From assembly GCA_035502015.1 (NCBI GenBank), contig DATJVA010000126.1, forward strand, positions 1-51,254: DNA of 51,254 nucleotides, read 5' to 3'. The position numbers and the translations under genes are program-made. The notes beneath the pieces were generated by a model. The model did not search any database and had not been told where the DNA came from. It saw nothing but the letters and a program-made list of their open reading frames with translations. This DNA comes from Thermoplasmata archaeon (GTDB lineage: Archaea > Thermoplasmatota > Thermoplasmata > Lutacidiplasmatales > UBA184). How positions within the stretch are numbered: position 1 is the stretch's first letter; each line of letters begins with the position of its first letter. Of this stretch, positions 1 through 8,256 are shown one piece after another.

Positions 1-65
1 GGCGACACGGAGGCCGAGCCGTAGGTGGCTACTATTGACCGTAGTAGGTTGCCGGGCCGCCGGCC

Positions 66-665
66 CTAGGTCGACGCCCGGGCCGGGCGCTCGGGCCTCG
101 GCTCCTCGAGGAGCGCGTCGAGCGTGCGCTGACCGTGGGGGCGCGGCCCCTCCGCGGAGCGGGAACGGAGCGGCCACGCCCCTTCGTGGTCGAGGAGCCA
201 GCGCTTCCGCCAGAGCCCGAGTCCGAAGCCAGTGATGTCGCCGTCCTTTCCCACGACGCGGTGGCAGGGGATGACGATCGGGATCGGGTTCCTCCGCATC
301 GCGCCCCCCACCGCCCGCGCGGCCCCGGAGTAGCCGACGCGCTTCGCGAGCTCACCGTACGTCACGGTATGGCCGGCGCGCACGGTGCACAGTTCCTTCC
401 AGACGGCGCGGTCGAACTCCGAGGCGCTGTCCGGTTCGACCTTCACCTCGAACGCCGTGCGTTCACCGCGGAAGTACTCCCGAAGTTGGCGGGCCGGGTT
501 CCCGGGAGGGAACGGTGGATTCCGTCGGACGGCTCCGCCGAGGAGCCCGGTCTGTGAGACCCCCTTCTCGAGAAGGTCGACGACCCGCACCGCCGAGCCG
601 AGGTAGGTGATGCGAAACACTCCGATCGGTGTCGAAACGTCCGAGAACTGGAGGGTATCGTCCAT
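66..665 (-). CDS. ogt: Methylated-DNA--protein-cysteine methyltransferase (Ogt/MGMT)
   Basis: 199-aa ORF with the alkyl-acceptor motif IPCHRVVG (PCHRV) and surrounding NPIPIVIPCHRVV...GFGLG context typical of O6-alkylguanine transferases. An Arg/Pro-rich tail of ~45 aa follows the domain. Confidence 0.85.
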   Translation of the reverse strand: MDDTLQFSDVSTPIGVFRITYLGSAVRVVDLLEKGVSQTGLLGGAVRRNPPFPPGNPARQLREYFRGERTAFEVKVEPDSASEFDRAVWKELCTVRAGHTVTYGELAKRVGYSGAARAVGGAMRRNPIPIVIPCHRVVGKDGDITGFGLGLWRKRWLLDHEGAWPLRSRSAEGPRPHGQRTLDALLEEPRPERPARAST

Positions 666-699
666 CGACCGGGCAGGAACACCGAAGCTTATGGTTGTT

Positions 700-1389
700 T
701 CATCCCGGGCCCACGCTCTCTAGGCCGGTCGGGCCGATCCGGAACTCGGCCGACCCCTCGGGCAGCGACCGATGCTTGACGAGAACGACCCTCCGACGCG
801 GTCCCGGGAGCCGGTCGAACCGAAGGATCGTCTTAGCAGCGTGGTTGAGGAACGAGCCGCCGAGCGGTTCGAGCCCACCGTCCCGCATGTTGCGCCACAC
901 CTGGTTCGTGAACAGCACCGGGAGGTGGGCTCGCAGCGCCGTGCCGACCAGGTCCGCGACGGTGAGCGACAGCGACTGTCGCGCGTCGTCCTCATCCGAG
1001 CCCGAAAGCGAGAGGCGATAGAAGAACGTCCCCGAGTCGACGACGATCAGCCCGACCGGTCGTTGCCCCTCCCGAGCGAGCGCGCACGCCGTTCCGATGG
1101 CCTTCGCCTGTTCGCCGAGGTCCTTGGGCGTCGAGAGGAGCCATCGCTTGAGGAAGCGGTCGAGGTCGTCGCCCGCGATCGCCCGCAGCCGGTCGACGCT
1201 CACCCCCTCCGTATCCACATAGAAGACCCACTTGTTCTCCCGGGATACCCGGAGGGCGACCTGGAGGCAGAAGAGCGTCTTCCCGCTCCCGCCCTCCCCG
1301 TAGATCTCGGTGACGCAGTCGTTCTCGAGGCCACCCCCGAGCAGCCGGTCGACCGACGCGATCCCCGTGGAGCAACGGTCCGACTCCAT
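700..1389 (-). CDS. radB: DNA repair and recombination protein RadB (RecA/RadA paralogue)
   Basis: Walker A GEGGSGKT, then YVDTEG and VVDS (Walker B-like). Size is ~229 aa if started at MESDRCSTGIASVDRLLGGGL (ATG 1389); the track ORF extends to 1470. The short single-domain RecA fold matches RadB rather than RadA. Confidence 0.8.
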   Translation of the reverse strand: MESDRCSTGIASVDRLLGGGLENDCVTEIYGEGGSGKTLFCLQVALRVSRENKWVFYVDTEGVSVDRLRAIAGDDLDRFLKRWLLSTPKDLGEQAKAIGTACALAREGQRPVGLIVVDSGTFFYRLSLSGSDEDDARQSLSLTVADLVGTALRAHLPVLFTNQVWRNMRDGGLEPLGGSFLNHAAKTILRFDRLPGPRRRVVLVKHRSLPEGSAEFRIGPTGLESVGPG

Positions 1390-1441
1390 CTCCCCTTCCG
1401 ACACCGCTCGGGTGGTTAACCTCTCGTCGTGCCGGGGCACT

Positions 1442-2866
1442 TCACCGGGCGATGGCGTACGTCTCCCCAAGCTCGGGGAGTCGGACCGAGGGGCCCGCCT
1501 TCTCGAACGCCTCGGGGTGTTCGGTATGGATGGGATAGACGGTGCGGGCGCCGGTCGCGCGAACGAGCTCGAGCAGCTCCGAGCCCGACGCGTGCCCGCT
1601 CGCGTGCATCTGGTGGAACTCGAGGCCGAAGTGGTCGAGCCAGTTGTGCATGACCCTGTCGTCGACGTCGTCCTCGCTGAACGGCTCGCTCATCGAGTGG
1701 ATGAACGGACTCCCCTTCGGCGGACGGAGGTCGATCAGCTCGGGGAAGTGGGCCAGGTCGAGCGCCAGGAGGTACATTCGCCCCTGGTCCCGGACCTCCG
1801 CCGCGGTGAGCGCGTTATCTAGGTAGGGGCGCTCCCAGAGATACGAGACCCGCTTCTTGCGAGCGTAGACCTGGATGCCGGCGGTCTTCCCGGGGAGCGG
1901 GACCTCGCCCGGGGCGAACCGGGGAGCGACCTGCGTGAGCAGGTGCGCCGTCCGAACGGAGACGATCAGCTCGCGTCCGCCCTCGAGTGCCGCGGCGTGG
2001 AGCGTCCGGAGCCGGTCGATGTCCCGAGGGTAGGTGCAGGCGAGGGCCAGCTCGGACCGTTCCTTCAGCACGCGGTCCACTCCGCTCCGCACTCCGGCCT
2101 CGGAGAGGTTCCGGCGCGGGTCCGGGCCCGCGCGGGTCCCTTCGATCAGGAGGGAATCGACCTTTTCCTCGGCGACCGCGGCGAAGAACGCATGCGTGTC
2201 GGCGGCCCGCGGGCCGTGGTGGCGGAAGTCGCCCGTGTAGGCGAGCGTTCCTTCGCTCGTGTGGACGATGAACCCATAGGCGAACGGTATCGAATGGTCG
2301 ACCGGATAGGGGACCACCTCGATGCGGCCGACCCTCACGACCGAGCGGTCCTGGAAGACCCGCCACGGGTGGTCACCGTACTTCATCCGGGTCGAGGTCT
2401 CGATGGCGGAGAGAAGCGTCCGGGTACCTTCGCCCACGTGGACCGGGATCTCCGGGTCGACCAGGTCGAGGTATCCCGCGTGGTCGGCATGGGCGTGGCT
2501 CACGAAGATCCCGTGGACCTCGGGCGGGCTGTACGGGAGGTTCCCGTCCCCGAGAGCTTCCCGGGAGTAGAGCCCAGGGACCCGGGGGATCAAGTCGAAC
2601 TCGAGAAGGTCCTTCGCTCGGCTCGTCGAACGAGGCTGAAGGTAATCGACGTAGAACTCCTCGGCGCGGGGCGAGAACGATGGACCAAAGTCGAACAGGA
2701 TCCGGTCGGCTCCGTCCTCGATGAGGATCTTGTTCCCTCCGATCTCTCGCACGCCCCCGAGGAATCGGACGGTCGGTCCTTTCACGGGGCGAGGATAAGC
2801 TCCTCCCTGAAACGGTTTGTCGGTCGGGGGCCGAAGGAGCTTTTCGGGGACGGGAGCTCGAGTCAT
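1442..2866 (-). CDS. rnj: beta-CASP metallo-beta-lactamase ribonuclease (archaeal RNase J-like)
   Basis: N-terminal FLGGVREIGGNKILIE and the HxHxDH motif (SHAHADHAG). C-terminal HASGHAS motif. Size ~450-474 aa, as in archaeal RNase J/aCPSF2-type enzymes. An in-frame GTG at 2785 is an alternative start. Confidence 0.75.
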   Translation of the reverse strand: MTRAPVPEKLLRPPTDKPFQGGAYPRPVKGPTVRFLGGVREIGGNKILIEDGADRILFDFGPSFSPRAEEFYVDYLQPRSTSRAKDLLEFDLIPRVPGLYSREALGDGNLPYSPPEVHGIFVSHAHADHAGYLDLVDPEIPVHVGEGTRTLLSAIETSTRMKYGDHPWRVFQDRSVVRVGRIEVVPYPVDHSIPFAYGFIVHTSEGTLAYTGDFRHHGPRAADTHAFFAAVAEEKVDSLLIEGTRAGPDPRRNLSEAGVRSGVDRVLKERSELALACTYPRDIDRLRTLHAAALEGGRELIVSVRTAHLLTQVAPRFAPGEVPLPGKTAGIQVYARKKRVSYLWERPYLDNALTAAEVRDQGRMYLLALDLAHFPELIDLRPPKGSPFIHSMSEPFSEDDVDDRVMHNWLDHFGLEFHQMHASGHASGSELLELVRATGARTVYPIHTEHPEAFEKAGPSVRLPELGETYAIAR

Positions 2867-2871
2867 GGGTC

Positions 2872-3696
2872 ATGGACCGCCGTCCCTCGCGTCGAACCCC
2901 CTCGGCCTCCCCTCGGGAGCAAAGGAACCCTCCCGCGTCGAGGAACGAGCATCGTGAGGTTGTCCGCCTCGCCCGTCGCTTGGCGAACGAGGTCGACCCC
3001 CGCGGGACCGCCGCGGTAGTGCTCGCGGGCAGCTGGGCCCGGGGCGACGCGCACGAGGCGTCCGACCTCGACCTGTGGGTGATCGGCCGGAAGGGGAGCG
3101 ACCGGATCCTCGAGCGGGACGGTCGCTTGGTCTGTGTGAAATTCAGCCGTGTCGCCGACGAGCGCCGCGAGATGCGCCACCCGGGGCGAGTCGACGGTGC
3201 CATCCTCGGCTGGCGGAATGCGAAGATCTTGCGGGACCCGAACGGGGCGGCCGCGCGCCTTCGGGCGGAGGCCCGTCGGTTCCGCTGGTCCACGCTCCGC
3301 GCGACCCGAGAGCGCTACGTAGCCGCCCAGCTCGCCGGGTGGGCCGAGGAAGTGGCGAAGCTGCTCCGGGCGCTCTCCACCGGCGAGCGCGATACCGCTG
3401 CCGTCCAGCGCAACCTCCTCGCGAACCGGATGGCGTTCCTTCGGCTGATCGCGCGGGAACACCTCTGGGAGACCGAGAACGGGCTGTGGGAGCTCGCGGC
3501 ACGGTCCGAGTCCCGCGCCTTCCGGTCGGCCCAGCGCGCGGCGTTGGGGACCGACCGTGCCGACTGGCGCCGAAGCTGCGAGGCGGCGCTGCGGCTCTAC
3601 GCGGTCACGGCGCAGGCGAGCCTCCCAACGCTCCGTGGGGGGAACCGTCGGATCGTGCTCGCGGCCTGCCGCCGCGCCGGTTACCCGATCGAATGA
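2872..3696 (+). CDS. Nucleotidyltransferase-domain protein (KNTase-like: NTase plus helical C-terminal domain)
   Basis: Pol-beta-type NTase signature GSWARGDAHEASDLDLWV (GS-x9-DxD), followed by a helical C-terminal half. Substrate unknown. Start uncertain because the ATG lies 5 bp from the divergent rnj ATG. Confidence 0.6.
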   Translation: MDRRPSRRTPSASPREQRNPPASRNEHREVVRLARRLANEVDPRGTAAVVLAGSWARGDAHEASDLDLWVIGRKGSDRILERDGRLVCVKFSRVADERREMRHPGRVDGAILGWRNAKILRDPNGAAARLRAEARRFRWSTLRATRERYVAAQLAGWAEEVAKLLRALSTGERDTAAVQRNLLANRMAFLRLIAREHLWETENGLWELAARSESRAFRSAQRAALGTDRADWRRSCEAALRLYAVTAQASLPTLRGGNRRIVLAACRRAGYPIE

Positions 3697-3715
3697 GCCC
3701 GCGGTCCTTCCGACG

Positions 3716-3850
3716 CTAGCGCGCCTTCAGGACCTTCTTCACGTTGGGGTGCTCCTTCGTGAAGATCTTCCCGCCGCAGTTGTCGCAGCGGACGCCGAAC
3801 AGGTTGGCGTCCGAGGGGAGAGCCTCCCCGCAACGGATGCATCGGAACAT
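3716..3850 (-). CDS. rpoP: DNA-directed RNA polymerase subunit P (Rpo12/RpoP)
   Basis: A 44-aa ORF absent from the track (too short), translated by hand: MFRCIRCGEALPSDANLFGVRCDNCGGKIFTKEHPNVKKVLKAR. It has a CxxC...CxxC zinc ribbon and the GVRCxxCGxKI core of RpoP. It follows rpl37ae as in the archaeal exosome superoperon. Confidence 0.8.
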   Translation of the reverse strand: MFRCIRCGEALPSDANLFGVRCDNCGGKIFTKEHPNVKKVLKAR

Positions 3851-3877
3851 GGTCGTGCGCCCGAAATCCTCGAGCGT

Positions 3878-4147
3878 TTAAGCGTTGCCCGGGCCCGCTT
3901 CGCGCTCGGCGCGCGTGATCGGGGGTGGGGCGGCAAAAACGTAGGCGTTCGAGGAGAACCGGGTCCCGCACCGGCGACACTCGAAGATCCCGCTCGCGAC
4001 GCGCTCGAGCGTCACGGTGGAGCATCGGGGACACGCCGCGTTCGGTCCGCGCGCGCGGTCGATCTCGACCACGCGGCGCCGGATCCGGATGCCGTACCGG
4101 GGACCCATCCAGCCGGTCGGACCGGCCTTCTTCGTACGCTTGCTCAT
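3878..4147 (-). CDS. rpl37ae: 50S ribosomal protein L37Ae (eL43)
   Basis: 89 aa: MSKRTKKAGPTGWMGPRYG...CPRCS...FECRRCG. N-terminal basic arm plus a C4 zinc ribbon. The ATG overlaps the rrp42 stop (ATGA). Confidence 0.9.
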   Translation of the reverse strand: MSKRTKKAGPTGWMGPRYGIRIRRRVVEIDRARGPNAACPRCSTVTLERVASGIFECRRCGTRFSSNAYVFAAPPPITRAEREAGPGNA

Positions 4148-4932
4148 GCGCGGACTCCCTTCGCGAGCTCGCGGTGCTTCTCCCCGTGGCGGAACGCCCT
4201 CCGCACGATGTCCTTGACATCGTCGGGGGAGAACGCTCCCACGAGCCCCTTCTGCATCGCCACGACCCGGCCGACCTCGTCGGTCGCCACCGTGATCCGG
4301 CCCTGGGCGGCGCGTTCCTCGTCGAACGTCGGGTCGACGACGATCGTGTCGCCCAGGCGTACGAAGGTGCACTCGATCGGGTAGTGGTTGACCTCGAGCG
4401 GGTAGTCGGCCTCGGCGATCTCGAACCGTTTCGCCGGAACGACCGCGTGGGAGAGCGCGCTCACGGCGGCGAGCGACGCCGCGTCGATCAGGTTCCCCGA
4501 ATGGTCGAGGATGTGGATATCGACGTAGCAGACCCAGCTCTTCTCCCCGGGAGTGACGCACAGTCGGGTCAGGTCGATCGTCTCGGCGGCGCGGATCGCG
4601 CGGTCGACGACCCGCGAGACCTCGATCGCCCCGGGCTGCGGGGGACCGGGCTCGAACGTCGGGCTCGAGAGCGGGATCAGCTCCGCGTTGGTCGTGAGGA
4701 CCCCCGCGTTCGGGGTGTCGGGGAACGGTTTCCCCGGTTCGAGCTTGATGCCACAGAGGGCCGCGGTGTCGCCGATCCGGACGAGCGCGGAGCCGTCCGC
4801 CGTGGCGACGAAGCCGGGCTCGATCGAGATCGGGCGGTAGTCGTCCGGCCCGCGTCCGTCCAGGCGCTTCCCTTCGGCCGCGAGGTCGAGGATGTGGGTC
4901 GTCAGGATCTCGGCGGAAACCTCTTCGCTCAT
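4144..4932 (-). CDS. rrp42: Exosome complex component Rrp42 (RNase PH-like, inactive subunit)
   Basis: 262 aa starting MSEEVSAEILTTHILDLAAEGKRLDGRGPDDYRPISIE. RNase PH fold, positioned after rrp41, with a 4-nt ATGA overlap with rrp41. Confidence 0.85.
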   Translation of the reverse strand: MSEEVSAEILTTHILDLAAEGKRLDGRGPDDYRPISIEPGFVATADGSALVRIGDTAALCGIKLEPGKPFPDTPNAGVLTTNAELIPLSSPTFEPGPPQPGAIEVSRVVDRAIRAAETIDLTRLCVTPGEKSWVCYVDIHILDHSGNLIDAASLAAVSALSHAVVPAKRFEIAEADYPLEVNHYPIECTFVRLGDTIVVDPTFDEERAAQGRITVATDEVGRVVAMQKGLVGAFSPDDVKDIVRRAFRHGEKHRELAKGVRA

Positions 4933-5678
4933 GAGGAACCTCCGACCGGTCCGGTCGAGTAGCGCTCGCGCAGCGCCTCCTTCATCTTCTCGTAGATCGC
5001 CCGGCAGCCTTGGACGCCCAGGTCGAGGGACTGCGCAAGCTCCTCTTCGGTCATGTGCCCCTCCATCTGGAGCAGGACGAGACGTCCCGACTGCGGCACG
5101 AGGGCCATCGGGAGGTCCGCCTCGCCGAAGTTGTCCTCCTCTTTCTTGAGGTCGAGGGCGATCTTGCCGGCGACCTTCCCGACCGCGACGGCCGGCAACA
5201 GGTCGACCATCGGGATCCCCGCGTCCGCGAGCGCCATCGACGCCGCGACGAGGCCGGCGCACCGCGTTCCCGCGTTCGCCTGGAGGACCTCGATGTAGAT
5301 GTCGATGCTCGTCCGAGGGTACTCCTCGGCGAAGACGACCGACTCGAACGCCTCGCCGATCACTTTCGAGATCTCCTGCGAGCGGCGGTCGAGACCGGGT
5401 CGCTTGCGCTCGTCGACGGCGAACGCCGCCATGTTGTACTTGCACTGGATGACGGCCTTGTTGTTCTGCTGCAGGTGGCGAGGGTGCACCTCGCGCGGGC
5501 CGTAGACGGCCGCCATCACCTTGTTGGCGCCCCACTCCACGAACGCCGAACCGTCGGCGTTGTGCAGCGTGCCGACCTGGATCTTGATCGGCCTCAGCTC
5601 GTCCAGCTTCCGTCCGTCGATCCGGAGCCCTTCGGGGCTCAACAGAACGGGGACCTCTTTCGCTCCTACGCTTCCCAT
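4929..5678 (-). CDS. rrp41: Exosome complex exonuclease Rrp41 (RNase PH-like catalytic subunit)
   Basis: 249 aa: RIDGRKLDELRPIKIQVGTLHNADGSAFVEWGANKVMAAVYGPRE ... DRRSQEISK ... ANAGTRCAG. AAGGAG Shine-Dalgarno-like motif ~7 nt upstream of the ATG. Confidence 0.9.
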   Translation of the reverse strand: MGSVGAKEVPVLLSPEGLRIDGRKLDELRPIKIQVGTLHNADGSAFVEWGANKVMAAVYGPREVHPRHLQQNNKAVIQCKYNMAAFAVDERKRPGLDRRSQEISKVIGEAFESVVFAEEYPRTSIDIYIEVLQANAGTRCAGLVAASMALADAGIPMVDLLPAVAVGKVAGKIALDLKKEEDNFGEADLPMALVPQSGRLVLLQMEGHMTEEELAQSLDLGVQGCRAIYEKMKEALRERYSTGPVGGSS

Positions 5679-5721
5679 CTTCGTTCTCCTTGGAAATCGA
5701 CCGTGATCGGTGACGGGGAGA

Positions 5722-6591
5722 TCAATGGTCCCCCGGTTCCATCGGCTCGGGAGTCTCGTCCTCAGCGTCGACGGCCTCCTCATCCGGCTCGGCCGACTCG
5801 AGCCGGTGGGGCGGGGCGTCGCGGTGGGCATGTTCCGACGGCGGTAGCTCGGCCCCTCGCGCGCCGGTGGGGGTCGTCGCGAGAAGATAGCTCTCGATCC
5901 GCTCGGTGAGTCCGGAGTGCTGCGCGTTCTCCTCGATGAGCCGCAGGACCTCGCTCACCCGGTGGATCGCTTCGGGAGACCCGTTGACCCAGACCCGTCC
6001 GTTCTGGCCGACGACGACCTCCGCGCCGGTGTGCTCGCGGATCGTGGTGATCATCGAGCCGTTGCGACCGACCACGCGAGGGATGCGCGCCGGAGAGATC
6101 CGGACGATCGTCCCGCCCTCGAGCTTCCCGAGTCCCTCGCCGTTCATCGTGACGCCGATCCGGCCCGTCGCGTCGATGCTCTCGACCTCCACGACGACCG
6201 CATCGCCAACGCGGAGGAACCGGTCGGTCTCGTTGATCTCGACCTGCCAGGGGGTTCCCGTCATGTGGAGCGGTGACCAGCGCGGCGCTCCGATGTCGAG
6301 GAGCCAGAACGTCCCTTGGACGTCGGTGACGGTCCCGATGACCACGTCGCGGGCCTTCGGGATGTACCGCCCCGAAAGGGGGATCACCGAGACGAGCGGG
6401 GGCCGCTCCGACAGCAGGCCCAAGACGCTCGCGTAGACCTTACCGCCGGTACGGTACGTTCCGGGCCCGGGCTTCAACCCCTGGGCTCGGATCTCTTCGC
6501 CGGGAAGAACTAGTGTCCGGCCCCCCGAAGGGGACGAGGAGCTACCCTCGCGGCCACGACCTCGGTGGCCCGGACGATGACCTCGGGACAT
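5722..6591 (-). CDS. rrp4: Exosome RNA-binding subunit Rrp4 (S1 + KH)
   Basis: 289 aa. S1-like core (YIPKARDVVIGTVTDVQGTFWLLDIG) and KH region (RIPRVVGRNGSMITTIREHTGAEVVVGQNGRVWV). Arg/Gly-rich N-terminal extension and acidic C-terminal extension. Confidence 0.85.
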   Translation of the reverse strand: MSRGHRPGHRGRGREGSSSSPSGGRTLVLPGEEIRAQGLKPGPGTYRTGGKVYASVLGLLSERPPLVSVIPLSGRYIPKARDVVIGTVTDVQGTFWLLDIGAPRWSPLHMTGTPWQVEINETDRFLRVGDAVVVEVESIDATGRIGVTMNGEGLGKLEGGTIVRISPARIPRVVGRNGSMITTIREHTGAEVVVGQNGRVWVNGSPEAIHRVSEVLRLIEENAQHSGLTERIESYLLATTPTGARGAELPPSEHAHRDAPPHRLESAEPDEEAVDAEDETPEPMEPGDH

Positions 6592-6627
6592 TTTTCGTGC
6601 TGCACCGGGGCGCTCGACCTGCGTGCC

Positions 6628-7323
6628 CTATTTAACCAAAGCGGTCTCGATAGCGCCCTTCGTCCGGGCACTGAGTTTCTCGTACAGCTCGGTCTGCATG
6701 CCGGCGGGGATCTCGACCACGCCCGCCCAGCTGCCGTCGGAGAGCCAGTTCTCCTCGACCAGCCGGCCGAGCCCCTTGACCTCCCCGATGACGCGGGGAT
6801 AGAACTGGGCCGGGATCTTGACCCGGACCTTCACGACGTCCAGGCGGATCGGGATGAGCGGGCGGAGCTTCGCGAGCACTTCCTGCACCTGCTCGTCGAC
6901 CGGGCGGAACGGGTCGATATGGACCTTCGCCTCGTTCATCGCCGCCTCGATTCGGGCGGGAGGGTGCGGCGCTCCCGTTTGGGGGTTCATCGCGTTCCTC
7001 GCGATCGTTGCGACGATCTGCTGTCGCTTCGCCGTCTGAAGCTTGTGACGCTGCTCCGTGGTGACCTGGACCTCGCCCTTCTGGATGATCACCCGGGCGA
7101 TCTCGGCAAGGTTGCGCGTGTGGAACGTCTTCTCGAGGTGCTCCTCGGAGATCTTGTCGCCCTTCTTGGCGTCCTTGAACACCTGGTCGAGCGCGAGCTT
7201 GTCCGCGAGGTCGACCTTCTTCCCGTCCTTGAGGTCCTGGACGGCCTGCGGGTCGACCAGTACCTCGAACCGGGAGCCCTGGGTCTCCCAGCGCGCGATG
7301 ACCGCGTCCTCGACCTTCACCAT
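6628..7323 (-). CDS. sdo1: Ribosome maturation protein SDO1 (SBDS homologue)
   Basis: 231 aa from MVKVEDAVIARWETQGSRFEVLVDPQ... with the FYSH-domain pattern and GEVQVTTEQR. Sits between psmA and rrp4 as in the archaeal superoperon. The track ORF starts 18 codons further upstream. Confidence 0.85.
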   Translation of the reverse strand: MVKVEDAVIARWETQGSRFEVLVDPQAVQDLKDGKKVDLADKLALDQVFKDAKKGDKISEEHLEKTFHTRNLAEIARVIIQKGEVQVTTEQRHKLQTAKRQQIVATIARNAMNPQTGAPHPPARIEAAMNEAKVHIDPFRPVDEQVQEVLAKLRPLIPIRLDVVKVRVKIPAQFYPRVIGEVKGLGRLVEENWLSDGSWAGVVEIPAGMQTELYEKLSARTKGAIETALVK

Positions 7324-7348
7324 GCCCGGAGGGTGAGAGAACGCCGGG

Positions 7349-8104
7349 TTATGTACGACCCGTGCGACCGGACCCACCCGCCGGGGGTAGGCGGGCCACG
7401 TACTTCTGGACCTCGTCGGCGGGGAAGCGGGTCATCCCCTCCCCGACCTGGACGGAGCAGACCTCGACCTGGGCGAGATTGCCTCCTTCCTCGAGGCCGG
7501 CGCGCAGTCCTTCGAGCGCCAGGAGGATCGCCGTGTCCCGGTCCATGCCGGGGCGGTACTTCTGCTCGAACAGGTCCATCACTGGACCCTTGTTGCCGCC
7601 GGTGCTCGCGGCCCGGAAGCTCGTGAGCGAGCCGGACGGCTCGGTCTCGAACAGGTGGATCCCACCGTCATCGTACCCTCCGACCAAGAGCGCGGTGCCG
7701 AACGGTCGAACACCACCGAATTGGGTGTACTGCTGCTTGTAGTCGCAGATGCGCCGGACCAGCAGCTCGACCGACATCGGCTCGGCGTACGTCACGCGGT
7801 TGATCTGCGCCGAGAGTCGGGCGTAGTCGACCAGCACGCGGGCGTCGGCGACGAGCCCGGCGGTCGCGCACGCGATGTTCTCATCGATCTGGTGGATCTT
7901 CTCGAGGCTCGCGGCCTCGGCGAGCTTCGGGTTCGGGATCCTCCGGTCGGCGATGAGCACGACGCCGTCGGAATAGACAACGCCCGCCGTGGTCGCGCCA
8001 CGGCGGACCGCCTCGCGAGCGTACTCGACCTGGAACAGCCGTCCGTCGGGAGAGAATACCGTGATCGCCCGGTCGTAGGCCATCTGGCCGGGTTGCATCT
8101 CCAT
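7349..8104 (-). CDS. psmA: Proteasome subunit alpha
   Basis: 251 aa with the alpha-subunit N-terminal signature YDRAITVFSPDGRLFQVEYA. Confidence 0.92.
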   Translation of the reverse strand: MEMQPGQMAYDRAITVFSPDGRLFQVEYAREAVRRGATTAGVVYSDGVVLIADRRIPNPKLAEAASLEKIHQIDENIACATAGLVADARVLVDYARLSAQINRVTYAEPMSVELLVRRICDYKQQYTQFGGVRPFGTALLVGGYDDGGIHLFETEPSGSLTSFRAASTGGNKGPVMDLFEQKYRPGMDRDTAILLALEGLRAGLEEGGNLAQVEVCSVQVGEGMTRFPADEVQKYVARLPPAGGSGRTGRT

Positions 8105-8136
8105 GATGAGCGCCTCGACCCGCCACTGAGGTCCCC

Positions 8137-8143
8137 TTTATAA
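8137..8143 (-). promoter_or_regulatory. TATA box candidate for psmA / superoperon promoter
   Basis: TTTATAA in an otherwise GC-rich spacer, about 33-39 nt upstream of the psmA ATG (8104). The element is palindromic-like and could also serve the divergent gene at 8257. Confidence 0.45.
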
Positions 8144-8256
8144 CGAGCGCGCGGGGAGTAACGTTCCCGTGAGCCGATTACGCGACTCGTTCGGGGGGTC
8201 GGAATCGCTCCCGGCCGCCCGACAACCGTAAGAGCCGAAACCGGCCCTGCGCCTCC

